Of a stretch of DNA of 64,000 nucleotides, positions 11,912 through 26,602 are shown piece after piece. This DNA is from the human T2T-CHM13v2.0 reference genome, Homo sapiens. A program made the position numbers and the translations under genes. The notes beneath the pieces were generated by a model that was given only the letters and a program-made list of their open reading frames with translations, had not been told where the DNA came from and made no database searches. The first letter of the stretch is position 1. Every line of letters starts with the position of its first letter. The stretch lies in the NCBI RefSeq assembly GCF_009914755.1, contig NC_060927.1; one strand, written 5' to 3'.

Positions 11912-13864
11912 ATGTATGCTCAATAAAGTATCTTGCTACATAAATCAGCAACTCAAAGAAGAAAAAGTTAAATTATAAAAACCTTGCTAATAATGTACAC
12001 TAATTCCCTCAGCTACTTAATAAACATTTAACTAAAACTTTCTGCCTGACCATTATTACTTCCTATGATTGGGCTAAGCATAAGCTAAATGACTACCTTG
12101 GAAGAACTCCAACTAAGAAGTATTTATTTCACATCAACAATGAACCAGTACTCTGTTAGAACATGCAACATGCTTTGGAAAGACAGGTGAAATACAAAGC
12201 ATCATTCCAGCTGTCCAGAAGCTTATCATCTTACAGGACAGAGAACATGAACACAACAAAATGCAGAAACAATATAATACACCTGAGGCACCCAGCACCC
12301 AACTTGATGAGCTAAAAAATAGATTTCAGGTCTTCTGTCAGGTGTTAACAAATTGTCAACTCTGAATAATGTGAGGGCCAGTATGAATGAGAACAGTCCA
12401 ATCCCCAGTTAAGCCCCACTTTTCTAAATCTTCTTCTCCCTTTAAAAAAGCAAAGTGAATGCTAACATAGTCTATCAGTAATGGACAGTGTCCTCATAAA
12501 AAGACATATGTAAAAAGGAGGGGAAGTGGAATGTAAGCAGTGCTTACTATTTTATCATATTCAATTGTATACACACCTCCTCTCAAAATTGGTGTCCCCC
12601 TATCAGTAGTTACTAACAAGTTAGTTCCCAGGATCTTGCAGATGGTGGGCTGGTTTCAGACAAAGGCACAGTGGTCCAGAGGATCTGGCAACCTCTTTCA
12701 GGGGCTGTTGGGAGATGCCCTGACGGCAGCAGAAGCAGCCTCCAATGAGGATGGCTTCCTGCTCAAGACCTCCTCACACTCCTCTTGCATAAATAAATGA
12801 TTTAGACACCGTTTTCTCCTCTAATAGCCAGCACTACACCAAAGAGAAAACACTCCGCTATTGATGACAGGAGAGGGCTTTTTTTGTAAGTGTGTATGTG
12901 TGTTATGCTATAAATTACCCTGTTGGTGGGTGTAAAAATAAATATCCATGTATATAGTTGTGTATACACACACACACACACTTACACAGAGAGAATATGT
13001 TACAGTTAAAATCATGCTGTCGACAGCCACTCAAATCTAGAGCAATTTATGGCTCTCAATGCAGTCACACATTCAGGATAAAGACAGGATGATAATAAAT
13101 ACTTTGAATATTACCAGCATAAATAAACTGCCTGAGGAGCTTAAACATTTGCAACATAGCCTTGCTGGCTCACACTGACAACCAGCAGACCTGTTGCCAG
13201 TGAGCGACTGAAAGATCAAACATGATTAAAAATGCAAAGATGCTGCACCCAAATGACATGCTTTATTTGACAATGAACTCTGGACTCAGAGGCACCACTG
13301 CAATCTATGAGCAAAGTGCTTTTTGGTAATTCATTTGCCCACTGAGGCCAGCTACTGAGGAATCACAATACAAGTCCCTTTTAAAGTAGGCACAGTTCTT
13401 TACAGCCATTAGTAATTCCATCTTGAGACTGCCCTTCGAGAAAACAATTTCTTTTTTTTTTTTTTTTACTGAGAATTGATGGTTTGTGTTTTGTCAAAAT
13501 GAGCCCCAGAAGTTGTTAAGAACTTGTGTAATACATTAGCTATGAGTAGCCGAATAATGGTCTTCAAGTAAGTACAGGAAAATGAATGGCTGTGATGAAG
13601 ATGGTGGGCAGGTATCCTTTTACTGAAACTACTAAAGCAGGGGCTGAAGTCAGGTTTTAAAAAAGATTCTTGTGACCATAAGACACAGGAATGTCCAGTG
13701 GAAGAAAGCCAGTTCTAGCTTGGAGTTTTAGGAACAAGCCAGTTTCCTTGGTGTCTCAGTATCATTTGATTCTATAGTATGTTATTTCTTTTATTTACAT
13801 ACATATGACATTCATGATTTCTTTTTAAATATCCATAAATTCAAAGTGGAATACAATGTCACAA

Positions 13865-14603
13865 TGTCTTAAGTCTCAGAATAAGATGCTGAGAAGACCA
13901 TGAACAAGTGATTTCTTTTTCTTTTTCTTTTTTTTTTTGAGACAGAGTGTTGCTCTGTCGCCCAGGCTGGAGTGCAGTGGGCAAGATCTCAGCTCACTAC
14001 AATCTCCAACCCCTGGGTTCAAGCAATTCTCCTACCTCAGCCACCCTAGTGGTTGGGATTACAGGTGCCTGCTACCACGCCCAGCTAATTTTTCTATTTT
14101 TAGTACAGACAGCATTTTGCCATGCTGGCCAGGCTGGTCTAGAACTCCTGACCTCAGGTGATCTGCCTGCCTCAGCCTCCCAAAGTGCTGGGATTATAGG
14201 CATGAGCCATAGCGCCCAGACAAACAAGCGGGGGTTTCTTAAGGAAGGGCTTCCAAGAAAAACTGCTTACAGCGTGGCAAGAAGTAGAACAGGGAAAGGC
14301 AAGAAGCCAAGCGAGGGTGTGATTCAGGGTAGAATCCTCTGAGGGACGTTTTCCCACCAGAGGCAAGGAAACTGGGCTTTCACTCTCACTCACCAATCAC
14401 TCTGCAGCTAAGAGCCATCCTGGGGGTTCCTAAACTCCAAGCACTTCCAGCTCTCAGCAGACCTAGTGAAGCCAGCAGCTCCAATTGGTCCTGCAAAGAC
14501 CATTGCCGAAGCAGCCATTGGAAGGTAAATACACAGAAGCTGGGGCAGGGCTCACAGATATGTTGAAAGGTACCAGGGCAGTGCTCCGACACCTTCTGCT
14601 ACA
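13865..14603 (-). mobile_element. LTR16-like ERVL LTR interrupted by an Alu
   Basis: AACAGGGAAAGGCAAGAAGCCAAGCGAGGGTG...CACTTCCAGC...TCTGCTACA pattern. Confidence 0.5.
13912..14221 (-). mobile_element. AluSx-like, full length
   Basis: Both arms, CTCAGGTGATCTGCC; TSD AACAAGTG / AACAAGCG. Confidence 0.92.
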
Positions 14604-14992
14604 GCAAAGAAGCAAATGGTCCAAAAATCAAAATGAGGGTAGAATAAGGTTGGAGAATTCAAAAAGTGCAGAAAAAAAATAAAAGTCCCCCTTCTCTCAC
14701 CCCCACCTTCCACTCACCCTTCACCTAGTCCTTCTTTCCAAAGGTAACCTTTGTTTACAGTTTTCTATAAATCCTTCTAAGGAAAAATATACACATATAC
14801 TATGTATCTATTTAAACATTCTTTTTAAAAATATGCAGATTGGACAACTGTTCCACTGTTCTACTCCTTGCTTTTTCTCACTAAAGAATATATCTTGTAT
14901 TCTAGATATTATATTAGATCTATATACATATTCTAAATAGAGAGATGATAGATTAGACAGATAAATGCAAAGAGGAAGGAAGGGAAGGAAAA

Positions 14993-15042
14993 ATGGATGG
15001 ATGGATGGATGGATGGATGGATGGATGGATGGATGGATGGAT
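14993..15042. repeat. (ATGG)12 tetranucleotide repeat
   Basis: Seen directly. Confidence 0.97.
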
Positions 15043-15146
15043 ACTACACTTCATTGATTTAAAGATAAACAGTTTTCCACATTTTAACATTTCTGAAATA
15101 GGCTGTCTTATACTTGACAGCATTTTAGATTTGCTAAAATGCAGTA
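15042..15146. mobile_element. MER104-like (Tc2) MITE, internally deleted
   Basis: TACTACACTTCATTGATT...CACATTTTAACATTTCTGAAAT...TAGATTTGCTAAAATGCAGTA with degenerate terminal inverted repeats. Confidence 0.6.
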
Positions 15147-16118
15147 GATAGATATATAGCTATTTATGGATGGATTGACAGTTCACACATAGCTCTGCCA
15201 CTTGAGAAGTAGTGCAGGATAGTAGTTAAGAGTATATTAACACATTGCTTATTAATGAGATACTTTCGTACTTGAGGAATAAGGACCTCTTTTGATGGGG
15301 CTAATATTTTAATAATCTGATAAATTGTTTATTAACTTTAAATTTTCATAATGAGTCCATAAATGAGTTTGATTTATAGTTTTCTGTTCTGTGCTGTCTC
15401 TCTCAGACTTTGGAATCCATATTACATTGGCTTCATAAAAACACACTGGCAGTTTTTTTCTTTATTTGTGCTATGGGCAATTTTGTTTACTTTTATAATT
15501 CTTTGACTATGTAATACATGTACTGTGTATCAAATTCAAAAAGTACAAAAGGGCATGAGTAAAAAAGTATCTCTACCTGTCTTCCAGGTGCCTAGTCCCT
15601 TCCCCCAGATGCAATCATTGTAATCCGTTGCTTTTGCGTTCCTTTAGTTATGTATGACACATACACATATGCACAAGGACACACACTTTTACTCAAATGT
15701 CGGTATAATAGACACAATGCTCTGCATCTTGCTTTTTTTTCACTTCATGTGTTTTGTAGATTGTTCCTTAACTATACACAGAACCTCCACATCCTATCTG
15801 ACGACTTCACAGTATTCCATTATGCAGATATAAAATTAATTTTACCAGTTTTCATTTTTAAATAGAATTAACATTATCAGTTCCTTGAAATGCAAAATTA
15901 TTTGCTTCTGAAAGCATAAAGACCTGTGGCTTTTTAAGATCTTTGATAACTGCTTCAGATTTTTCCGATGTTATTAAAGTTCTCTTTCCTGTTGAATATG
16001 TTTGGGTAACTTATTTACCTGTTTAAAAAATACATTCCTTGAAGATTTTCAGTTACTTTTGCAAAAGTTCTCCTTTGAATATTTTAATTTCTTTAGCCAT
16101 GGTTCTTTTTCCTTTTTC

Positions 16119-16437
16119 CTTTGTTTTTTGTTTTTTTTTTTTTTAAGACGGGGTCTTACTCTGTCCTCTGTCTGTCACCCAGGCTGGAGTGCAGTGGCAC
16201 GATCAGGGCTCACTGCAGCCTAAACTTCCTGGGCTCAAGTGATCCTCCCACCTTAGCCTCTTGAGTAGTTGGGACTACTGGCATGCGCCACTACCCCTGT
16301 CTAATTTTTGTATTTTTTGTAGAGATGGGGTTTTACCATGTTACCCAGCCTGGTCTTGAACTCCCGGGCTCAAGCCATCCAGCTGCCTCGGCCTCCCAAA
16401 GTGTTAAGATTATAGGCTTGAGCCACTGGGACTGTCT
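16119..16437 (-). mobile_element. AluJ
   Basis: GGCTCAAGTGATCCTCCCACC J-type diagnostics, both arms. Confidence 0.9.
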
Positions 16438-16512
16438 GCTTTCCATTTTTTGTTTTTGTACTCCCTAACTTTTTGAGTAAGTGAATTTCATTGCTTGGCA
16501 TTGTTTTCAAGG

Positions 16513-16866
16513 TGTGTTAGTCTGTTTTCATGCTGCTGATGAAGACATACCCAAGACTGGGAAGAAAAAGAGGTTTAATTAGACTTACAGTTCCACATGA
16601 CAGGGGAGGCCTCAGAATCATGGCGGGAGGTGAAAGGCACTTCTTACATGGTGGCAGCAAGAGAAAATGAGTAGGAAGCAAAAGCAGAAACCCCTGATAA
16701 ACCCATCAGATCACGTAAGACTTATTCACTATCATGAGAATAGCATGGGAAAGACCAGCCCCCATGATTCAATTACCTCCCCCTGGGTCCCTCCCACAAC
16801 ACGTGGGAATTCGGGGAGATACAACTCAAGCTGAGATTTTAATGGGGACACAGCGAAACCATATCA
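16513..16866 (-). mobile_element. THE1 (THE1C-like) solo LTR
   Basis: TGTGTTAGTCTGTTTTCATGCTGCTG...AAACCATATCA; TSD CAAGG at 16508-16512 and 16867-16871. Confidence 0.92.
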
Positions 16867-17199
16867 CAAGGAGACAGTATTTGAGCTTATTTATGTTTCT
16901 TATGGATTTATTTTTAAATTAGAAAACCTAATTTCTTATTTTTATCTTTATTATTTAGTTCTTTCTGCATTTTTTCCAGTTTTTTGGCTGTTCCTTTCTT
17001 AAGTCAGATGCGTAATTCCTTTATTTTTATTCTTTTTTAAATATTCAGGTGTTAAAGGCTGTATACATTTTCTTCTAAGCGAGGCTTTAGCTGTAGCCCA
17101 TAGCTCATATGTGTTATATTTTCATTATCAATGGTGTCTAGATATTTTTCAAGTTGGGTTTAAAATGTTTCTTTGAATTAAGAGTTGTTTATCAAAGAG

Positions 17200-17468
17200 G
17201 GTTGTTGTTTGTTTGTTTGTTTTGAGATGGAGTCTTGGTCTGTCCCCCAGGCTGGAGTGCAGTGGCACAAGCTTGGCTCACTGCAACCTCTGCTTCCTGG
17301 GTCAAGCAATTCCCCTGCCTCAGCCTCCTTCATAGCTGAGATTACAGGTGTGTGCCACCACACTCAACTAATGTTTGTATTTTTAGTAGAAACAACGTTT
17401 CACCATGTTGGCCAGGCTGGTCTCGAACTCCTGACCTCTGGTGATCTGCCCACCTCGGCCTCCCAGAG
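17200..17468 (-). mobile_element. AluS, slightly 5'-truncated
   Basis: TSD TATCAAAGAG at 17190-17199 and 17469-17478. Confidence 0.92.
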
Positions 17469-18078
17469 TATCAAAGAGTTTTAAAATATCCAGATTGTAA
17501 GGTTTTGATAAAACTGATTTCTAATTTATTGCATTGTAATCAGGTAATGGGGACTTTATTTGTACTTCAGCTTCTTGAAATTTCCTGCAATTTCTTCATA
17601 ACTTATAAAGGCCATGTGTTTGTATTACATTGCTTTATTATTTGATATATTTTGAACCACATATTTTAGAGGGGCTTTCCTATCACAAACATATTTCAAA
17701 GTTGTTTGCAAAATATTTTGCATTTTCTAATCACCATAAGTGAAGTGATTAGAAAACACATCAGGGCTTCTGTGGCTCAGGATTTGGTGCTTGCCTCACA
17801 TAGACACAACCAGTAACTCTTACTCTTGTGCCAAATGATGTAATTGCCCTAGGAAAATGTTTCTACACCTCTCTTGCCCACTTTCATTGAAGAAATGGTG
17901 ACTGAATCTGAATGTCAGGAAGGGTTGTGGGTTGTGGATATGGCAACTGCAAAACTGCAGACAATAGAGATGTACACTGCTTTTGTGGTAGGGACAGGAT
18001 TTGAGCAGTGGAAAGGCATAAATAAGAAAAAGAGAAATTAATTCATGATTAAGACAGATTCTGGCATAAAGAGATTGC

Positions 18079-18126
<48 letters not shown>
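18079..18126. repeat. (AGT)16 trinucleotide repeat
   Basis: Seen directly. Confidence 0.97.
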
Positions 18127-18185
18127 TAGTGCTGAATACCGTATCTATTTTCTTTCATCAGAATCTGCTGGTTCCATTTCATAGT

Positions 18186-19248
18186 TCAGAGGTCTCACAA
18201 ATTCAGGCAATATTCACAGCTGTGGACATAGTAACTTAGGCATATTTTGCATTATTAAACGATTGATGCTATCTTTAAATTTAGGTTGCAACATAACATA
18301 CATGAAATCTGATACCAAGTCTTCACATTGGCAACTAGATGGGCATTGAACACAAAACTAGAAATTGTTTTATTTTTATAAAATATTTAATAAGATTTAA
18401 TTAAAGTGTCATAAAAATCCAGCTACATTGAAATGTTTGATTTAAATGTTTTTTATTAGCTAACCCATTCTTCATTTTGCTTTTTAAATTCTAATGTATA
18501 ATTTTGAATATTGTGCAAGAAATATGACTTTCTTAAAAACATTAAAAATTAATTTTAATTTTTTCAATGTATAATTAATTTATATGCTTGAGGAAAATAT
18601 ATTCAAATTGTATACATTTTAAATACAAATGCAGTTTAATTTCTAATTCTTTAGATCAGGGATCAGCAAACTTTTTCTGTAAAGAACCAGACAGTAAACA
18701 TTTTGGGCTGTTACAACGACTCTTCTCTGTCACTGCCCTAGCACAAAAGGAATCACAGACAATGCATAAGTGAATGGAGTGGCTAGAGTTGGCCCTGGGG
18801 CCTTAGTTTGCAGATCCCTGTATTAGATCATAACTGCCAATAGACAAAAAGTATCTTAAAAAAAAACCACCTTGATTATAACAACATGACAATTTTACTG
18901 AAATGAAGATGAGAAAAAATAACTTAATTGGAATAAATATATAATAATTTAAGAAATATTTCAGTCTTTTAAAAAACTCACTAAAATGTCATCAGCCCAA
19001 TAACAGAACATGTACAATAATAATCAAGAGCTGTTGTCTTTGATATTTGGCCCATTTTCAATCACGTAAAAACTAGGGCTTCACCTATACATTTAGATTT
19101 TGTCCTTAAAAAAGTTATCTCATGGCAGAGGATAAAAAACACTTCTTTAATGGCTTACTAGCTGGATTTGTTAATTTTTAAATATTTAGACAGATGGTAT
19201 ATGGCCTCCTCTTTGCCCTGGGCCCCACAAACCTTAGATGTAGGCCTG
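18186..19248. mobile_element. hAT-Tip100 (MER45/Zaphod-like) fossil
   Basis: Terminal TTGCCCTGGGCCCCACAAACCTTAGATGTAGGCCTG resembles the MER45 end; AT-rich interior; left boundary uncertain. Confidence 0.55.
18657..18820. mobile_element. MER58A-like hAT-Charlie MITE
   Basis: 16-nt TIRs CAGGGATCAGCAAACT / AGTTTGCAGATCCCTG (15/16 match); 8-bp TSD CTTTAGAT / TATTAGAT. Confidence 0.88.
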
Positions 19249-19336
19249 AATACAACAGTGATCAAGAGACAAAGGCCCTACTGTCTTGAATTACAGTCTA
19301 GTAAATTCTAGTGCACATCCATTGACTCTAATTTAG

Positions 19337-19639
<303 letters not shown>

Positions 19640-19799
19640 TGCAATAGGTTTTTTATTGCTCTCTCTATATCTATTCTTGCCCTCACCAACCTATTTTCCA
19701 CATAACAAATTAATATGTTAAAAACATAAACTATCACCTCTTTCCTAAAAGCTCTTCAATTGTTTTCCATTACATTCCAGATTAAATCCAAAGTCTTTT

Positions 19800-20101
<302 letters not shown>

Positions 20102-21087
20102 CCAAAGTCTTTTTTTATAACATATGATGCCCTCTAAAATCTTGTTCTTCCCTATCTTCCAACTTTATCTTGTGCACTTCCTTCCTTGCCCAGTATTATC
20201 TGGCCTTTTATTGTACTTCTAACATATTGAGGCATTTCTTGCCTCGGGACCTTTGCACATGCAATCATCTGGCTACAGTGTTTCTCCTTTCCCTACTCCT
20301 TTTTCGGGGCTACTTTTTTCATTTTTACATCTCTGCTTAAACATTTTCGCCTCCAAGAAGACTTGTAAGTCCATTCAGTCTAATATATATGATTCTTGCT
20401 ATATTCTGTCACTGCATCCTGTTCAATTTCCTTCACAGCCATAGGAAGAAAACCTGTAATTCTATATATTTATCTGTTTACTTGTATATTTCCTATTCTG
20501 TAAACTCTTTGAGAGCCAGGATAATTTTTATTTTGTTTATCACTTCCAGTGCCCACAATGCCTGGAAATCATACATACTCAAAAGATAGTTGTTAAAAAA
20601 GTAAATGAATATCAATTCATTTGTTGAACAAATAAATATGAAATGGATAGGCACATTCTGGACCTATCGAACCATTCTAGCATGAAGCCTTTATTCCCAG
20701 AGTGATAGCAATATCAGGGTCCCCCCAACTAATGATTTTCAAGCCCACTCAGATCCTTTATTCATGCTGTATTTCCAAGCTGAATTTCCTTCCCCCACTT
20801 CTCTCTGCCTTCTCAAATATTTATTTCTTTCACTAATTCAAACACACTTCTCTCAACAAGTCTTTGGTACCCTTTTCAGCCCCAAATAATAGGTCTTGAT
20901 TTCTACATTTATTATCTGAATCATTCACTTTAGTATCATCTTACGGTGCCTAATTCTTTCTAAATCTAAGTTCCTTCCATAGTGTATGTAGTAGAGACCA
21001 TGTGCACTTAATCCAGCCAGCAGCATGGAGTGGAACCCCAAAACATATTGATATCATTGGCAGCCTTAGCCTGTGTTCCCCATCTGA

Positions 21088-22063
21088 CTCTTACATCCCA
21101 CTCAGGAAAGCAGACCCTAAACAAAGGCTTACAACTAGGTAGTTTATTTTGGGAAAAGAACCCTAGATAATCAAATTGAGGAACGAGGGAGAGTAAAACA
21201 GGGGAAAAGGGTATCTTAAATCAGATTCCCTAGAAGTACACTCTGAAATGGGTACACTTGTACAAGAAATTGATTGAAATAGTGCCCTCAGGAGAAACCT
21301 ATGGGGAAATGAGGGAGTAGGATGGGCCAGGGAAGAAGCCACGGAAAGATATGGCTTCAGCTGGAGTCCAGCCATGGCCCAAACCCAGAGTATGGACAAG
21401 AGTATGGAGTATGAACAGCACCACAGAGTTATTCCCCTTGACAGCTTCTGTTAGTCCTTGGCTGTGGACTGCCCTTGACCAGGCATAGGGGATCCTCTAA
21501 GGTATTTCTGGGGAAGTTCATTTCCCTCAATAGAGGGTTAATTCTCCTGAGATGAGTTCAGCTGTGAGACCTTAGTATCCAACACTCTAAGCAGCTGGGG
21601 CATGGGTGTGTTGACCCACTAATGGTGGTCTTGGTAGGGGACCAACAGCATCCTCTACAGAGGGAAATACAATATAAGTATACATTCTCAAGTCGATAAC
21701 AACTACAGGCACCTAGGGCTCAACCTGCTGGAATCTTCCGAGAAAACTTACATGCTTCAGATGTATATGTATAATGTGCTTCAGACATGTCTAAACAAGG
21801 CATGGAAGAGATTATTTATCCACCAACTCCCAGTCCCCACCAGTCAGGGGTTATTCCGTGGGTTAATAACTCTCTTATACTTCCAGGTTGCCAGTCTCAC
21901 TCCCAAGGTGGTAGAAAATAGGGATGAAAATAGGGATGCCCAATGCCACTTAGGCAAGAGGCTTCAGGTCACACTTGCCCTAACCTGGTTTCCACAGCGA
22001 CAGCCCTAATACAGAAAGGGAGACAAGAGGATGTGAGATGTGTCACAGGAAGTGTCCAATCCA
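21088..22063 (-). mobile_element. LTR16-like ERVL LTR (outer element)
   Basis: AAGCAGACCCTAAACAAAGG...GTAGTTTATTTTGGGA and TATTTATCCACCAACTCCC blocks flanking an inner LTR. Confidence 0.6.
21212..21659 (-). mobile_element. Second ERVL LTR (LTR16-group-like) nested in the first
   Basis: TATCTTAAATCAGATTCCCTAGAAG...CAGCATCCTCTACA; near-TSD AAGGG / GAGGG. Confidence 0.6.
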
Positions 22064-23642
22064 CTAACTACTTGCCCTAGATCTTTGGAGAATTAAATAA
22101 CCTGTCCTACTGCTATGCATGACAGAAGCCCTACCAGTGGGGGCTAGTTGGCCTTCACATTGGCTCCTGGCCTTCTCATTGGCTCATCTTAGGTGTCTTG
22201 GGCTATCTGCCTGATACACATTTTCAGTTAGGCACGTCATGTGACCTTACAGACCAAGGTTATGCAAAAGAGAAATGAAAATTAACTTATTAATCTTATG
22301 ACAGTATTGGGCTCTCTGTATTTTTCTCAGGGTCCCTGACACTGATGGTATTATCTCATTCTTTGGTGATGATTATGTGTGGAATGTTTCATTTAAAAAT
22401 TCCAGTGTTGTCTCTCATGAAAGCCTGATACGGTAGGCTCTATATACATACTGGTGATGATCGTAATATGTGTGTAGCACAAAGTAGTCCCTGAACAACA
22501 TTTTTAATGGCAAACAGTGATTCCTTCCCCCAACAAATTAAGTAAAAATGATAAATTCCTACATTGAAAGAAATCGGCAAAACAGAACATTTCCTTCAAT
22601 TCACATAATCATTAAGAAGTATCATTCATAAGGGGTTAGAAACATATAATATCCAACCTTCCTGTTTAACAGAGCCCAGCAAGGACTCAAATGCACAGTT
22701 CATTACTGTCATTATGAGAGAATTTCTGCCAACAAGTTACAGTCAGGTTACTATCATTCAATCATGTTGCTAATAGGACTAATTTCATGGTAATTGGCAT
22801 ATTCTAGACCAGAGAAGAACTCAAATGGTTGTGGAATCATTAATGATTTATGCTTTCATGGTAAAAATGACAATCTATTAGTTTACCAGATGCTGGATCA
22901 AGCCATGGGCCATTAACAGGAGGGTGTTCTCAGAACGTTTTCAGAACAAATACCAGCTACTTTATTTTCAGCTTGCAGACATAATCACATGCATCCCCTA
23001 TCAGATCCACCACTATACTGTCAGATACATCATAAATTAAAGGCTCCATGGGCTCATTATTGGCTCTTATTCGTAAAAGCAACACGTTGCCCTGGCAAGA
23101 CCCAAAATATTAAATGGGCATTTAAAGAAACTGCAAAATGTGTAGTTTTGGAAAAATGAAATCTTCCTTAAAACTATTTACAGTACTCAAGTTTTCAAAA
23201 TGTCCTTCATCCTCGATTTTGCCTCAATATTTGTTTTTTTGTTTTTTGTTTTTTAATAAAAGCAAAGAAAAAAGAAACAAATTCCTGCCCTGTCAGGAAA
23301 GCTTTTAGGCCGAGTCTCTTAGGAACTGGGTGTCATTTATTAGTAAACCTAATATGCTGCCTTCAGAAGAACAGAGGTGCCAGCATCAAATAAACAGGCT
23401 TAAAAAAAAAAATTCCAGGAAACTTAATGTACACTACGTTAGTAACCAGGACAACTCTTGTTTCCCAGCAATCTATGGCATAGATACGTTGGTATGAGAT
23501 AAAGCCTCCATCTTTCCTGAATCTTCAAAACAAATGTAAAGCTGATTAAAATTCCTCTTCTGTCTTGCCTATGTACAAGGCTGCTCTCCCAATACCAAGC
23601 AATCCTATTTGGAGACAATGGGATGTTTGCCAAACCAAACCG

Positions 23643-23666
23643 AAATAAATAAATAAATAAATAAAT
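23643..23666. repeat. (AAAT)n repeat
   Basis: Seen directly. Confidence 0.9.
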
Positions 23667-23799
23667 AGGAGAGTTTCTGTTTTCAACTGTTGATGGCATC
23701 ACCCTTGCCATTTGTGGTGATCAGATTATCCACCTAGAAAGTGTAAGAAAACAAGTCTTCCGGTTAGCACTTACTGGGCAAAGGGCTGAGTTTCAAGAA

Positions 23800-24900
23800 T
23801 CACAACTGAAATCGGTGGGGTTGCTCTTTGTTAATGGGAAAAAGCACCATGTTAAAGTGACCAGGGCCTGGTGTGTGCACCGCATGATCTGTGAGCATGA
23901 GTTGTGTGTGCAACATGCTTCCTCGTGATTACCGCCTATACGGACAGTCACTGTGCATTAGTGCATTGGTAGCCAGCCGCCGCCAAAAACAGGATGGCAT
24001 TCTTCCATCGTGATTAGAGGTTTTGTGAGCATTTTGGGATGGGGGACACTTTCTCAGTAAAGACTCTTCCGCCCCATTCACGTTCATTCAGCTCTTTCTA
24101 GGGGAAATTAAAAGCTGCAGTGATAATCCCTTAAGGACAACTTGGAAGAGTATAAAAGGTGCAGTGTATAAGCAATTGGATGAGAAAGCCTTTTATGTGG
24201 AAAGTTACTGAATGGGTGGCTGAGGGTGGTGTGAGTGGGGAGAAAGAGGGGCAGCTTTTCTTTTCTAAGGTGGGGAGCAGCGGGGATATCATGGCACTTC
24301 AGTTCCCTTTAATCATCCAGATTCCTACGCTGTCCCTGCCCCTGGTGTCACCTTGTTTTGCAGTGCCAGCTAGCTCCTCCCTGCCATTTTCCCCTCAAAG
24401 AGGGAGAGGGGAGCAATGCGATTTTTGGTAAGGACCCAGTTTCTCGCTGAATGCCAACTCAGCCAGCTGGCACCGAACAGGCCAAGCCTTCTTCAGAAGG
24501 GGTTAGCAAAATCCAAATTAGCATGGTCCATTTTAAAAACTTGCTTTTATTTAAAGACTGATTCATGACAAACAGTGGCTCCCGTACTGAGGTCTGGCAC
24601 CCCAGGGGCTGGCATCCAACCAAACACATGCAACTAATTGCCACCCTCGGATGACACGCAACTAACAAGCTCCATTTTGAGGCAGTAGATTCACTAAGAA
24701 TGTAACCCCGGAAGGCAGCGGAGGCAGAAAAGCTCCTTTCATAACCCTGTCCTAGGCTAACCATGGCAGCAGAGAGCCTGAAAAACACTTTTGTTTCATT
24801 GCACCAACAATTTAGCTCCACGGAGGGCTACAAACACGGCTAACTTGCTGAAAAGTGATCAAGGGCACTGCGATCCCCCTCATGGTTATAGGAGGCAGGG
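23800..24900. promoter_or_regulatory. Candidate intronic enhancer (repeat-free, CpG-retaining)
   Basis: Locally raised GC and CpG; GC box CCGCCCC (~24069), AP-1-like TGATTCA (~24559), several TGGCA half-sites, ETS CCGGAAG (~24707). Motif-level evidence only. Confidence 0.4.
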
Positions 24901-25046
24901 GCTCTGCTTTTCTCTTTGCTCAAGGAAACACACAAAATTGCCTACTATCTTGAAACTCCGCATCTTGCACCATTTGCAAATCTATCGACCCCCAGTACTT
25001 CCCCTTATACTTTAGTTCAGATGCTCTCAGGCTTCCTTTGTACAAG

Positions 25047-25250
25047 CAAGGGCTCTGGAGCCAGGATGCCTAGGTTCAAATCCCAGCTCCACCATTCATT
25101 AGTAATTGGCAAGTATTTTAACCCATCTATGCCTCAGTTTCTTCATCTATAAAGTGGAGAGAATATTAGCACCTACATTACTACGAGTAGGAACGAGTCA
25201 ATGTAATAATGTACATAGGACAATGCCTGACATATCATCACTCTGTTATG
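25047..25250 (+). mobile_element. MIR
   Basis: GGCTCTGGAGCCAG...GGTTCAAATCCCAGCTCCACC...GCCTCAGTTTCTTCATCTATAAA. Confidence 0.85.
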
Positions 25251-25871
25251 AAAGCTCTTTGAGTCTGAGATAGCTCGGCCTTATGAAGAAAAAATTTCCC
25301 TTTGCATAAGCTGCATTTTAGTCAAAGTTCTTGCTTCCCTGTAAACTTCTAGAGATTCAACCTCTAAGCCTTTGTTTACCATTCTTTCTCCTCTCAACTG
25401 TCCTTCCTCCATTGCACAGCCCTGTATGACTAAATCTCATCATCCTCCAAAACCATTCTTCAATGCCACCTCCTCCGAGGAGACTTCTCTGCCATCCCAG
25501 CTGCCATGAATCCCTGCACTCTTGGCATGGCCATGGCAATTTCTGCAAACAAATGACTGTGTTTTACTTGCCTGTTATATTTCCTTTTCTAGACTGACAG
25601 ATCCTTTTGAGCATAATCCACGAGTAACTAGCACATAGTAGATACTCAATGAATATTTGGTAAAGAAGTAGATGGTCAGATGAAAGAATTGCTCTGCATA
25701 AATGAGTAGCTTTATACTATGGTTATGCTGGGCATTACTCAATAGGCAGGATGGGGGAATCGTTTCTTAAGGACTTTCATAGTTGCTTTGGCCCAAATTA
25801 AGAGTTGTATTTAACTTGTCATCAACTGAGGCTCATAAATAAAATCTATCAAAGAAATATGTCAATTACCA

Positions 25872-26602
<731 letters not shown>

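Larger units (their letters stand above)
15300..17650 (-). mobile_element. Highly degenerate old L1 (L1M/L1ME) fragments hosting younger insertions
   Basis: T-rich L1-like blocks, e.g. GCTTTAGCTGTAGCCCAT...TTTTCATTATCA and GATTTCTAATTTATTGCATTGTAATCAG. Confidence 0.5.
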
